DNA of 64,000 nt. It comes from Eledone cirrhosa (Eukaryota). Within the stretch, counting starts at the first letter, position 1; the number at the start of each line of letters is the position of its first letter. The notes beneath the pieces are model-generated. The model was given only the letters and a program-made list of their open reading frames with translations, had not been told where the DNA came from and did no database searches. The stretch lies in the NCBI GenBank assembly GCA_964016885.1, contig OZ024740.1:97588001-97652000 (forward strand), in the 5' to 3' direction. Made by a program: the position numbers and the translations under genes. Shown in pieces: positions 30,855 to 42,696 of the stretch.

Positions 30855-33099
30855 ATTTCCTCAACTTACTGATGAATTCCATTATTTGCATACTGTGTTC
30901 TACAAATATATTTAGATTGCACATTACTATATGCAGTTTTATGTTAAGAATGTGCTTGACAATAAATAACAAAGCCAGGTATTATATAAATTGTATTCAA
31001 TGAGGATTCGGTTTTGCTTTGTCTTTTACTATGAAATCTGAATTTATTGCAATATAGAATACCCAGTAGTAAAAAAAAAAACTCTACAATATACATGGCA
31101 ATAAGTAAACAAAAATAAGTAAATAGAAAGTAAGAAAAAAAAGAGAATTAAGTAACAACAGAAAGGAAGTGGGGGAGGGTGACAGGCTCCGCACTTCAGT
31201 CTGATCAGTGTTGCAGATGCATCCACATATGAAATGGCAGAATAGATAGTGACACCTGCTACAACAGCTACCCACCGCACAGAGTTTCATCCTCAGGCCG
31301 GTTGCTGTCTCTCTGATTTTATAAAGGAAATCAACAGGGCAGCAATCAAAGATACCCGAGGTCTCAATGGCAACCAGTATGAAAAGTAAGCAGTCATAAC
31401 TACATAGGACACTGAGAGAAGGCAAATAATCAAACTGAAAATAGTTTCAATACTGGATTGAGTGTGTTTAGCAAGGAAAAATAGAAAATGATTCTGGAAA
31501 ATATATTGATTTAATGGTGAGAAAAATATCTGCAGTTTATTGATAATTGTTCACCTAAGATGCAAAAACATAGTAATGAATAGAAAAGTATATAAGTAGG
31601 CATTTTGTTCAGCATGTCCAATATTATGCAATATATATTTCCCTTTTCTTATATTATATAGTATTATTTGGGGAAGACTTGCTGTTATTAATAGCAAGCT
31701 GGGTTACTTTATAAAGTTTCCTTCATTAGCACATACACCAATATATACACTATGCTAGAAGTGGTATATTGTCACCAAATTACATTTAATTCTAGTTGTG
31801 TCAGTTTTCATAGGTGCATTGACTAGTTGTTAATGTTTAACTCCAGGTCAATCTTCATTAAATAGGACTATGATAAAATATATTCCAAACATCCCCATCC
31901 TGGCTCTTCACTAGGATGAAATACATTCAAAATATATTATCCAATATGACTTTCACTTTTAAGATGCAGTATGATTTTGAGTGCAAATAGGGAACAAATT
32001 CTGACAGATCAAGCTGAACTAACAATTGTCTTGAGATGTTACATTACAGGTTAATGTAGGTACATTTTGTTGTTTAAAATTCAGTCAGAGGCATGCCACA
32101 CATTTTGGAGGCATTTATTATTAAATGTGTATTTCCTGTTTTTCAGAACTAGGGTGTGATTTGAGAGAGCTTTGATTGCTATTTCTAGCTGATCAAGCAG
32201 CTATGTTGAAGTTCATTTGTTGACTTCTCAGGTAGACTAGTTATCACACTTTATGAAAGACACTAATTTTGAGGCAGTATCAAAGTTTTTGCCTTACAAA
32301 TCTTTATCACTAAAAATGGAGAAAGCCAACTGAAGAGCTACTAGAGGATGCATATTATGAATTTCCTTCAAACCACACACTACTGACTTTTCTACAGGAA
32401 AGACAAATTGGACAATATAATCCTATATATACAATATATAAACAAGAATACCAGAATGGTAAACTCTGGGATACATTTGATCTAAGATTTGCTCAACTGG
32501 AGCTAAACTGAGCTAAAAAACAACTAGAAATGAGATAGTGAGCACTAATTCCAGAGCTGTAATAGTCTAGCAAGAAGTTGATCTGAGATCTAGTATTGAA
32601 ACTAAAACAATTACTGCATGAAATAATCACTTTACCCTGTCCAAATAGGCAACACAATGTTTGAATTGAAGTTGAAATATGTCAATGACCAGGGCACAGA
32701 TACTGCAATGAAAATAAATTTTATATATAAAGTAAATCTAAGAGTTTTTTCATGATTTAAATGACTAAAATGACTGGTCAATGTAGCTGATGTGTTTAAT
32801 TCAAGTATTAACCTAGAATTAAAATCATCAGCACCATCATGTTGATGATGTTGTTGCTGTTGTTTAACAATAGGTCATCTCTGATCCACTCATGATTGGC
32901 AGTATCGGTAGAGGGTTGGATGCCATGCTTTGATACATAGAGTTGCTGGCCTTGTGCCAAACGTAGAAACAATTATTTGGAATGTATTTAGAACTACAAA
33001 CCAAATTCACCCATTCTTTTCCAAGACAATTGGGTGTAATTTGTGGATGATTTAGCCAGTATTTCCATACAGTCAAACAACTACTTAAAGGCTCATATG

Positions 33100-33420
33100 A
33101 TGCTGATATTGATGCTGTTGTTGCTTTTCTTGTTATTGATGCTAATGTTGTTGGTGTCATTGCTGTTATTCTTGATGGTGTAGTTGTTGAGGTTGTTATT
33201 GATATTGATGATATTGATACTAATATTTTTTTCATTTTTATTGATGCTGTTCATGGCATTGTTATTGAAGTTGGTATTGTTATTATGGATGTTGATTGTG
33301 GTTATTTATTTTGATATTATTCATGTTAATATTGTTGTTATTAATGATGTTATTGATGATGCTATTGATATTGATGTTGTTGTCATTATTGTTTTTTTGT
33401 TGCTATTCTTGCTGCTGTAT
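33100..33420. repeat. Degenerate (GTT/GAT)n low-complexity tract
   Basis: gttgttgatgat-type runs. Confidence 0.8.
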
Positions 33421-35991
33421 CCATCATCACCATTCTCAAATATTTTAGCCCCTTGGCAACTATACCAGATGGTCCACCAGCTTTTCCTACCTTTACATCC
33501 TTAATTGATTTGTCTATCATTAGTCAACTTTTATAGCTGGTCTCTCATGAAGTAAGACCTCACTGCCTTGTTTATTCCCTATATTCAGCAGCTTCTTGTA
33601 AGAATTATGTGGCCCCTTCTCTGCATCAGACAAGTTATGTGCTCCACTATAATTTCCGACTCATTATATTTTGATTTTCTCGATTTTCTCACAACCCAGA
33701 TCATTTCACACCTCTGATATTCATGATGTAGAATATGTGCAAACTTCTTTCTGCTTTTCCTCTTAATGATTATACTTGATGCCTAGCCTCTCTTCTCTAT
33801 TTTCTGTTTTCTTCCCGTTTTTCCATGCTTGTTATTTTCTTTTTTTATGGTTCTATATTCCCTTTCATTTCATCACACATACCATCCTCTGTCTAAGTGG
33901 CACTCTGTTCCAGCCACAGACATGGTGCGTGGCTTTCAGTAGGTTGTCTAATAGAAATTCCCAATTGTTTCTCTATGTTATTGGTTCCCAATACCTCTGC
34001 TTTATTACTGTAGTGAAATGTTAATATTAATATTAAGACAATACTGACTATATCATAACAAACTGTTAATTTACATTAAATAGGTTAATCTAATCAACTT
34101 AATGTAGTTTTTGTATTAGTTTGTTTCAAAACATGGTAAAAGAATAATTACCATGTAATGAAAATATTTGACTTTTGCAATGCTAAGTTAGAATGCTACT
34201 TTAATTTAGTAATGTAACAATTGAATAAAATATTCATCAAAATATGTGTGGTGTGTATATATGTGAGCATTGGGTTTGTATATCTATCCTTGTATGTATG
34301 TGCTTCATTACTGGGTATGCATATGCATTTATGCATATGTATGTGTGACTATGTTTGAACAGATGAGCAATTTTTTAGTTTGATATTAAAATATAATTTC
34401 ATTTGGTTTATTTTAAAAAAAAACTTGCATTTTATATTTATTCTTCATTGAAGAAATGGAACATGATAACAAGTAGAATCATATACATAGTTTATTTTTT
34501 TAAAATTATATTTTCAATTAGACACTCAGAGAATAAATAATGTCAAATATTTTTCATAAACACTGGCTTGACTGTGAGGTTATAAAGTTTGTAGCATTAA
34601 TTTTAGTCCCACTGCATAGCACCTTATGCAAGTATCTTTTTCCATAGCACCAGCATACCCCCCCCCCCCCACACACACACACACACAGACACTCAGATAA
34701 CTAAAATATTCAATATTCAACACTGGTGTATTTTGAAAAAGAAATATTTCTTATTAGTTTATTAGTACACTCAGTTGATTAAGAAAAATATAAAAGCTGG
34801 TTAAATTGTTTTAAATCAGTCAGATTATAACTTGAAAATCACTGAAATCTGATATATTAAACATTTCTCATTTTACTACATAGTTTTTGAGTTTAAGATA
34901 ATTTTTTTAAACAATCTTTCATCATCATCATCCTCATCATCATCGTTTAACGTCTATTTTTCCATGCTGGCATGAAAACACTAGGGGAAGATCAAAACAT
35001 TGTGCAAGGGGTCATAATGAATAGGAGATACTTGAAAAATAAGATTAACTGAGAGAATATTGTATGAGGATTCAGAGTAAAAGTTGGAGGGAGAAACAGC
35101 AAGAGAGAGAGAGATGAGATGCAGAGCAAGAAAAAGAGAGCACAAATATGAGAGAAGGGAGAGTGAGCAATAGCAATATAATACAAGACAAGAGTAAGAT
35201 TGAAAGAAAAAGTATAGTTAAGTCACAGAGAAATACATTTGGCATGTGTATGCCTATGCGCATGTGTGTGTGTGCATATATGCCTATCTGGAATGTTCTC
35301 AAGGGATGCTTAAATAACTTTCATGTCAATGTAGTACATGTAGAAAAACAATGTTTCATTTAAAATAATCATTCCATATATTTTAGCACCTTATTTAAGT
35401 AGAATTTGAAGTTGGTGAAAATCATCAAAATATTGACCTCAAATATATCGACCTCAACAGATTGACCTCAACACCCCATCTTACTATCAATTCATTTTGT
35501 CATATATTTTTCAGCATGTCTCCCTCACCATCCTCTGAAGAAATGCCTTCTCTGTTTTGTCTGCCAGGGCCACAGGGCGGCCATCATATGGGCCCCCATT
35601 TGCTCACAATAGTGAGAGATGGGGAGTATGTGAGAGACAGAGGCCGTGACAATGAGATTTTGGCTCTCTTGTGTTTGAACGTGGTGTATATATGTGTATA
35701 TAAGAGAGAATGAACCTTTTCGAAATATAAAGAAATGCTTATAGACTGAAGAGAAACTGATGTAATTTCATATTTCTGATGGTGTCCAAAAAAAAAAAAT
35801 AGTTATAATGATACGAATGTATATGGGTGTTTACAGAATTTTTGTGCAAAATACTGACAAAATGAATACACATTTTATATGAATATATGTACAGAGCCTT
35901 CTAATCTGATATTAATCTATTTCTATATCTACTTTGCTTGTCCTGAATTTCACCCTGAGCAGTTGACTTAATGGTCTTCAAACTATGGATT

Positions 35992-36034
<43 letters not shown>

Positions 36035-36107
36035 AGAATGAAACGAAATTTCATTTCTCACTCTTAGTACGGCACTTACTTAAATGCATATATATATATG
36101 TGTGCCT

Positions 36108-36573
36108 GTAAGACAATGTCACTGGACCGAGACCTTTGGCGGTACTCAGTAACAGAGAAGACCCGCCTTACCTAAATATATAGTAAAACCTACTCCAGCC
36201 AGTAGGCATCTCTAACAAAATACACCCCGTCCCACCACCACCACCCCCACCCCATCGACACCACCCCGTTCTATGTAAAGTTATGTTGGTGCCGCGCCAT
36301 CGAGGCCGAAACAAATGAGATCGTGTAGGTGTCACGACAAAAAAACACACAGTCCACGCTGTAATGTGGCCGTGTAGGCAACACGGTAAAAACCTCCCAG
36401 ACCCACACTGTAAATGTGGTTGGTGTTAGGAAGGGCATCCAACTGTAGAAAACCTGCCAGACAGTCCTATGCGAGCAAGACAATCACTCTTGCCTCAAGT
36501 GGGACTACCCCCGTCCAAACCCATGCAAGCGTGGAACACGGACGTTAAACGTTGATGATGATGATGATGATGA
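36108..36573 (+). mobile_element. RTE second-subfamily 3' end (3' UTR + tail)
   Basis: Homologous to 52268-52735 and to the reverse complement of 27913-28370; ends in (ATG)n. Confidence 0.85.
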
Positions 36574-37051
36574 TATATACATGCTACTGTACGTCTGTAT
36601 ACATATATGTATGTACGTATACATACATACTTACATATATATATATATAGATAGATATATATGGGGGAGGGGTGCATATGAGATGTTGATATTTGAAAAC
36701 TTTAAGACCATTATTCAATTTAATACTCTATAATTATGGAAAAGTGGAGTCTAGATTATTATTATAAGGATCCACTGCCATATATAACTAAATTTCTACG
36801 GTTTCAATAGCAATTGAGAATATGTATGTACAAATAGATATATCATTACCTTATCATCATGTAGGGCGTCTAATAATTAATTGATTCACGTTGTCAACAC
36901 TTCTGCTGTTATTCAATTTAGATAGACAGATTAGTGTGTGTGCACTATAGTTAGGTGCAAACTAATATTGCCAGAGCGGTCAGTAAATAATCAATCTCTA
37001 ATGTGTGTTTACTAAAATCACTTGTTACTAAGTTTCATATAAAGTGCTAAT

Positions 37052-37392
37052 ATCATCATCATCATCATTTAATTTTACGTCCGCTTCTCCCTGCTTGCAA
37101 GGGTGGGACGGGAACTGATGCTGGCTTGATTTCTACAGCTGGATGCACTTCCTAACACCAACCTCATTTACAATGAGTGCTGGGTGCTTTTTTGCCGTGG
37201 CACCTCCACGACCACTTTGCAGTGGAATGATATGGATCCCAGTCCCTATCATCGCATTTCTACAGCTGAGTAAACTGGAGCAATGTGAAATAAAGTATCT
37301 TGCTCAAAGAAACAACACATCACCCGGTCTGAGAATTGAACTCACAACCTTTCAATTGCAAGGCCAATGCTCTAACCACTAAGCCATGCTTC
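37052..37392 (-). mobile_element. SINE family B full-length copy
   Basis: Reverse complement of the 24899 unit. Confidence 0.9.
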
Positions 37393-37720
37393 ATATAACT
37401 GATCTGGACTCAGAATGTCACTAATTGTCTAACATATGCAAACATGCAAAATAGGCATTGAACGATGAAGATATACATACATATATTGGAAAATATGTGA
37501 GATCCTTAGTACAGTTAGGTATATTTGAAAAAAAGGAAAAGAATGACTTCACTTGTAGTTCTAAACAAATTGATTTAATTTTATAATATTATAATATTAT
37601 GAGTTGGTAGATTTAGTAAGTTCTTTGTTAACTTCAGTGGGAAGATGTTTAAAGATTCCTGGTTAGCTTTCCTGGAGAACTTTCTTGCATTCGTCAATGG
37701 CAATTGTCAAACTGATATAT

Positions 37721-38063
37721 GGAGGCACATAGCTTAGTGGTTAGAGCTTTGGCCTTGCAATCGAAAGGTTGTGAGTTCAATTCTCAGACTGGGTGATGTG
37801 TTGTTTCCTTGAGCAAGACACTTTATTTCACATTGCTCCAGTTTACTCATTTGTAGAAATGAGATGATAGGACTGGGATCCCTATCATTCCACTGCAAAG
37901 TGGTCGTGAGGTGCCACGGCAAAAAAGCACCCAGCACTCACTGTAAATGAGGTTGGTGTTAGGAAGGGCATCCAGCTGTAGAAATCAAGCCAGAATCAGT
38001 TCCCGTCCCACCCTTGCAGACAGGGAAAAGCGGACGTAAAATTATGATGATGATGATGATGAT
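37721..38063 (+). mobile_element. SINE family B full-length copy (inverted relative to the 37052-37392 copy)
   Basis: GGAGGCACATAGCTTAGTGG...GGAAAAGCGGACGTAAA...(ATG)n. Confidence 0.9.
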
Positions 38064-38329
38064 ATATATATATATGTATGTGTGTGTGAGTGTGTGTGTG
38101 TGTGTGTTTGGATCTAGCTGTCGAAATGGCCGGAGCTCAGCCGTCGGGGTCCTGACACTTTTCCTATATATATATTAACCCATATATATATATTAACCCA
38201 TGCTAGCGTGGAAGATGGATGTTAAACAAAAATGATGATGATGATATATATAAAACAAAATTGATGCAGTAAAAACATTTTATACCATTACTCACCAGTA
38301 CTCGATACTTGGGTTAGTAGAGTGTGGTA

Positions 38330-38441
38330 ATATGAAAGAGTCAGGACCCCGATTGTTGAGCTCTTGCTGTTTTAACAGCTAGTTCTGAACAAACTGTTGC
38401 AATGGCAAGCACTCATCAGTGGGGGTCCTGACTCTTTCATA
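38330..38441. repeat. Imperfect ~110-bp hairpin element (same family as 43224-43375 and 38110-38165)
   Basis: ATATGAAAGAGTCAGGACCCC ... GGGGTCCTGACTCTTTCATAT with a partly paired interior. Confidence 0.8.
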
Positions 38442-38619
38442 TATATATATATATATTAGAATTGGTGCTATGAAATAGCTATATATATATGAATGTATAT
38501 ATAGTGTATTTTGCAATACACTGTATGCTTAATTAAAAGCATTTCGAAGACCTTATGCTATTGTTTTAGAGTAGTGACAGACTCACTTACTTTAATTTTC
38601 AGCAAACAGGGGGAAATAA

Positions 38620-38663
38620 AGCTGACAAGGCTTTGTTTCGCATTATTGATGCTTATCAAAGCC
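38620..38663 (-). ncRNA. Type I hammerhead ribozyme, U3-A8 core variant
   Basis: Minus strand: GGCT-TTGATAA-GCAT(caata)ATGC-GAAAC-AAAGCCTT-GTC-AGCT. It has G10.1-C11.1 and a GUC triplet. Confidence 0.65.
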
Positions 38664-38839
38664 AACTACTCCTCCTGTTTGCTGAAATCATGGATGTTTG
38701 GTTCTTATAGAATTCTAGTATATATATATAGCTAATATATATATAGCTATTTCAGAGCACCAATTCTAATTTTCAATTTCTGCTTGACCGGCAGTTCCTG
38801 ATTATTTACTAGAATTCTATAAGAACCAAACATCCATGA

Positions 38840-38931
38840 TTTCAGCAAACAGGAGGTGTAGTTGGCTTTGATAAGCATCAATAAATGTGAAACAAGGCCT
38901 TGTCAGCTTTATCTCCCCCTGTTTGCTGAAA
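38840..38931 (+). ncRNA. Type I hammerhead ribozyme, U3-A8 core variant, with extended stem I
   Basis: Core 38864-38908: GGCT-TTGATAA-GCAT(caataa)ATGT-GAAAC-AAGGCCTT-GTC-AGCT, enclosed by the 14-bp helix TTTCAGCAAACAGG/CCTGTTTGCTGAAA. Confidence 0.65.
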
Positions 38932-39045
38932 ATTAAAGTAAGTGAGTCTGTCACTACTCTAAAACAATAGCATAAGGTCTTCAAAATGCTTCGAAATGCT
39001 TTTAATTAAGCATACAGTGTATTGCAAAATACAATATATATATAC

Positions 39046-39076
<31 letters not shown>

Positions 39077-39077
39077 C

Positions 39078-40520
39078 GTTATTGAAAAGTCTTTTAGCTT
39101 CCAGACCTTTCTTCTACCAACCTTCCTGTATGTCTCATTCCATCTCTTGCTTACTGAGATATCACTAACAACTAACCTATGCTGTGGCGTACATTCTTCC
39201 CCAGGGTATGCCTTGGTATTTGACAACATCTGCCTGTCCCGCTGTAAGAAGGTTTGCCAATGTTCTGCGATGGGAAGATCAGAGGCGTGCGGTGTTCCAC
39301 ATTGCAAAGCAGTGTGTCAATGCAAATCAGGATGTTGTTGGAGATAAATGTGTCCGGAATGATGCCAGTGTACTTAGTGTCATGAATGATCAGAAAAAGG
39401 AGGCCTGGAAATGTCATTGTGAGAGACTGATGAATGTGGAGAATGAATGGGAGAGAGAGAAATTACCCTCAGTAGATCCGACAGAGGGACCAGCTATTGA
39501 GATTGACGAATATAGGGTCCAAGAGGTGATTAAGGAGATGAAAAATGGTAAGGCTGCTTGTCCGTCGGGGATAGTTGGTGAGATGCTGAAGGCATCAAGG
39601 GACGTAGGCACTAAACTGGTTGCACGCATCATCAATCAGGCTATATATGGTGGTGTCATATGCAAAGACTGGTGCAACAGTATTCTCATAAATAGCTACA
39701 AAGGTAAAGGGGATGCTCTGGAGAGGAGCAATTATAGGAGTATAAAACTGATGAAAGTGGCAGAAAGGATATTAGCACAACTAATTAGAGAAAGGTTCAA
39801 ACTAGATGAGATGCAGTTTTGTTTTGTGCCTGGGAAAAGTACAACAGATGCCCTCTTCTCGGTGAGACAATTACAAGAGAGGTTCTTAGAGAAGAATAAG
39901 CCACTATATTTAGCTTTTGTTGACCGAGAGAAGGCCTTTGATAGGATACCCCGATCTGTCATCTGGTGGTCCCTAATGAAACTAGGTGTTGAGGAATGGC
40001 TTGTGAGGACAGTGCAAACTTTGTACAGCGGTGCTGTCAGTAAAGTCAGGGTAGGAATGGAGTTTTGCGAGGAATTCCAGATACAAGGTTCGGTTTGCAT
40101 CCTGCTCTTGTTCATTATAGTCCCCCAAGCCATAACAGAGGTGTTTAAGACTGGCTGTCCATGGGAACTTCTCTATGCTGATGATCTGCTTCTTATAGCA
40201 GAATAAGTAGAGGAGTTAGAGAATAAATTCTGGCTATGGAAACAGCAGTTGGAAGCAAGAGGACTAAGAGTGAACCTAGCTAAGACAAAAGTGTTGATGA
40301 GTAGAAAAAAGGACAAAACTCTGATTCCATCAGGGAAATGGCCATGTTCGATATGCAGAAAAGGAACTGGCATAAATTCTATAAAATGCACACAATGCAG
40401 ATCCTGGGTACACAATAGATGTAGTGGGTTAGTATGCAAACTAACAGGTAGGGAGAAATATGTATGCAGTAGATGTACAGGGAAAAGCGGACGTAAAATG
40501 ATGATGATGATGATGATGAT
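39078..40520 (+). mobile_element. RTE LINE copy with 5' inversion and internal deletion (pseudogenised RT)
   Basis: RT motifs KAACPSG, FVDREKAFD and LLYADDL; PHD-like WPCSICRK..CTQCRSWVH.RC; (ATG)n tail. 39078-~39246 is the AP-endonuclease end (PGEECTPQHRLVV...WKLKD) on the minus strand. Confidence 0.93.
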
Positions 40521-40596
40521 TCCGGGTTTAATCGAGGGTAACCACAGTAAGTAGGGTACTCAATACATAGCAGAGTATATATGTTTAATATAGAAA

Positions 40597-40647
40597 AGCT
40601 TCTACAGGACTAGAACTGTTTCATGTGTGAGAAATCATCAGGAAGCT
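40597..40647 (-). ncRNA. Hammerhead-like motif (type I, weak stem II)
   Basis: Minus strand: AGCTTC-CTGATGA-tttctcacacat-GAAAC-AG(ttctagtc)CT-GTA-GAAGCT. The mirror copy at 44154-44204(+) has CTGATTA, and a degenerate copy lies at 8372-8420. Confidence 0.5.
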
Positions 40648-41142
40648 GACTGTGCAAGTAAATATGATGGTTTTTCTATATTTTCTGGTGGTAGGAGAGG
40701 GTGAGGATTGGGATGGGTGGAGGCCAATGGTTGAGGGGTTTAAAGAAAAAGGAATTCTTTAAAGCTATAATTTATATTTAGAGTGAGAAAGGCAAAATAA
40801 TATTATAAATAAGTTCAGATTGGAGTACCAATCCTTATTTTTAAGTTTCTCTTAAGCTAACAATGCCTATATTTCAGGTGTCTACAGGATGGGTGGAGTT
40901 CATTGGTAGATATGTTTAAAGAAAGAGGAATTCTTTAAATGTTAAGTCTTTAAAACTTTCTTTAGAGTGACAAAGGCTGAAAGAATTCTATAAACAAGTT
41001 CAGATTTGGGGTGCCTCTCCTTATTGTTAAGTTTCTTTTAATCTATGTTTCAGGTGTCTACAAGCACATTTAAACACACACGCACGCACGCACACAGACA
41101 CAGACATATATATACATATATACACATATATATACATATATA

Positions 41143-41240
<98 letters not shown>

Positions 41241-41284
41241 TATATATATATACACATTACATATAGATATATATACACACATAC

Positions 41285-41315
<31 letters not shown>

Positions 41316-41655
41316 CTTTTACTCCCGCACTCTCGCAAAAAACCACACTCTTATACCCATATATGTACACACACTCACACACACATATATATGTACTTAT
41401 ATATATATGCTTTTGAGCAACAATTACCCTCGTTGGTTGATTAGCCAATAAGACGATGAAATTAGTCAATAAGACGATACATTACAAAACATGTTTGGCA
41501 GTGATCACCACGGCCAGCGACACCCCTTGAACTTTTTTATTCACAAGCTACGCATATATGTCAGAGACGCAGACTTAAAACATTCTGTTGTTAGTCACTG
41601 CATGTCTAACGGATACTTAAATATCTTGTATAATCTTCAATACATGTTCAGATTG

Positions 41656-41712
<57 letters not shown>

Positions 41713-41938
41713 TCTAATTTATTTAAAAAAACAAAACACTCGACAAAATATGTATATATGTATATATGTATATATGTATGTATATATGTATATATATGTA
41801 TGAATATATGTATGTGTGTATGTGTATATGTGTGTATGCGTGTATATATTTGTACATATATATATATATGTATATATATATATAAAATAAAGTAATTAAG
41901 TCAAATATTTAAAATTTGGCTTCGTTTATTAAAGATGT

Positions 41939-41993
41939 ACTGCTATATATATTTCAGTGACAGCCATCATTGGCTGTGACCTCTTCAGGCAGT
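41939..41993 (-). ncRNA. Type I hammerhead ribozyme motif
   Basis: Minus strand: ACTGC-CTGAAGA-GGTCACAGCCA(atga)TGGCTGTCACT-GAAAT-ATAT-ATA-GCAGT. Perfect 5-bp stem I, palindromic stem III, AUA triplet. Confidence 0.65.
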
Positions 41994-42228
41994 CCGAATT
42001 GGTGTGGTAGAGACAGGTACACATGTTGTTAAAGTGTTTTACTCCATCAATACTCCGATATGTCCAGCTCCTTGTTGGGTTGTTATTTCTCTGAGGAACT
42101 AGAATCATATCATATGATTCCAGTTCTTCAGAGAAATAACAGCCCATCCAGGAGCTGGACATATCGGAGTATTGATGGAGTAAAACACTTTAACAACATG
42201 TGTACCTGTCTCTACCACACCAATTCGG

Positions 42229-42285
42229 ACTTCCTGAAGAGGTTACAGCCAATGATGGCTGTCACTGAAATATATATATAGCAGT
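42229..42285 (+). ncRNA. Type I hammerhead ribozyme motif (mirror copy, one stem I mismatch)
   Basis: ACTTC-CTGAAGA-GGTTACAGCCA(atga)TGGCTGTCACT-GAAAT-ATATAT-ATA-GCAGT. Confidence 0.55.
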
Positions 42286-42436
42286 ACATCTTTAATAAAC
42301 GAAGCCAAATTTTAAACATTTGATTATTTATTTTATTTTATTTTACATTACTCCGGAGTAACCAAACCAACCTGCGCACTTCGTCGAATGCTCCATATCT
42401 GCATACTGAGGTGTTGATATACAACCAACATATACT

Positions 42437-42473
<37 letters not shown>

Positions 42474-42608
42474 AGGTGAGTTTTATTGTAGTACAATAAA
42501 GCAATGCAGATATCGGATAAGAAGCACTCTACAGTTTGTAGGACTGGAGTATACATAATATATAAGAACAAAAGATGGTTAAAAGAGTTCCATGTATTTT
42601 ATTATGTA

Positions 42609-42675
42609 TTTTATTATGCGCATTTCAAAAACAAATATCATCATGCAATAATATTTGTGTTTTCATCAGATAAAA
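42609..42675 (-). ncRNA. Type I hammerhead ribozyme motif
   Basis: Exact reverse complement of 42697-42763. Confidence 0.7.
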
Positions 42676-42696
42676 CCTTCATATCATGTCTTCCTG

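Larger units (their letters stand above)
38505..39033. repeat. Foldback P-A: ~220-bp arms (38505-38720 / 38807-39033), 86-nt spacer, each arm carrying a hammerhead
   Basis: The arms are near-exact reverse complements (TGTATTTTGCAATACACTG...GAATTCTAGTA / TACTAGAATTC...CAGTGTATTGCAAAATACA). Confidence 0.95.
39014..41408. repeat. Left arm of a ~2.4-kb inverted duplication (partner 43445-45780)
   Basis: RTE, HHR-bearing segment and microsatellites are all mirrored. ORFs 39184..40206(+) and 44594..45616(-) are both 340 aa and differ at only a few residues. Confidence 0.95.
41901..42323. repeat. Foldback P-B: ~210-bp arms with 1-nt centre (42111), each arm carrying a hammerhead
   Basis: Centre is ...GAATCATAT C ATATGATTC...; the arms are reverse-complementary with few mismatches. 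Confidence 0.97.

Noticed and set aside
35516-35713. Acceptor-like TTTTCAG followed by an open frame (MSPSPSSEE...)
   Set aside because: No recognisable protein similarity or convincing donor site, so it cannot be supported as an exon.
38412-38421. CTGATGAG on the minus strand within the 38330-38441 hairpin as a hammerhead
   Set aside because: No GAAA, stem III or NUH follows.
39184-40206. 340-aa ORF (and its mirror 44594..45616) as an intact or domesticated RT gene
   Set aside because: The N-terminus is antisense sequence from the 5' inversion. There are in-frame deletions within RT (MDQV lost, and part of the GVHQGS motif lost) and a stop just after YADD. The two copies are similar because of the duplication.
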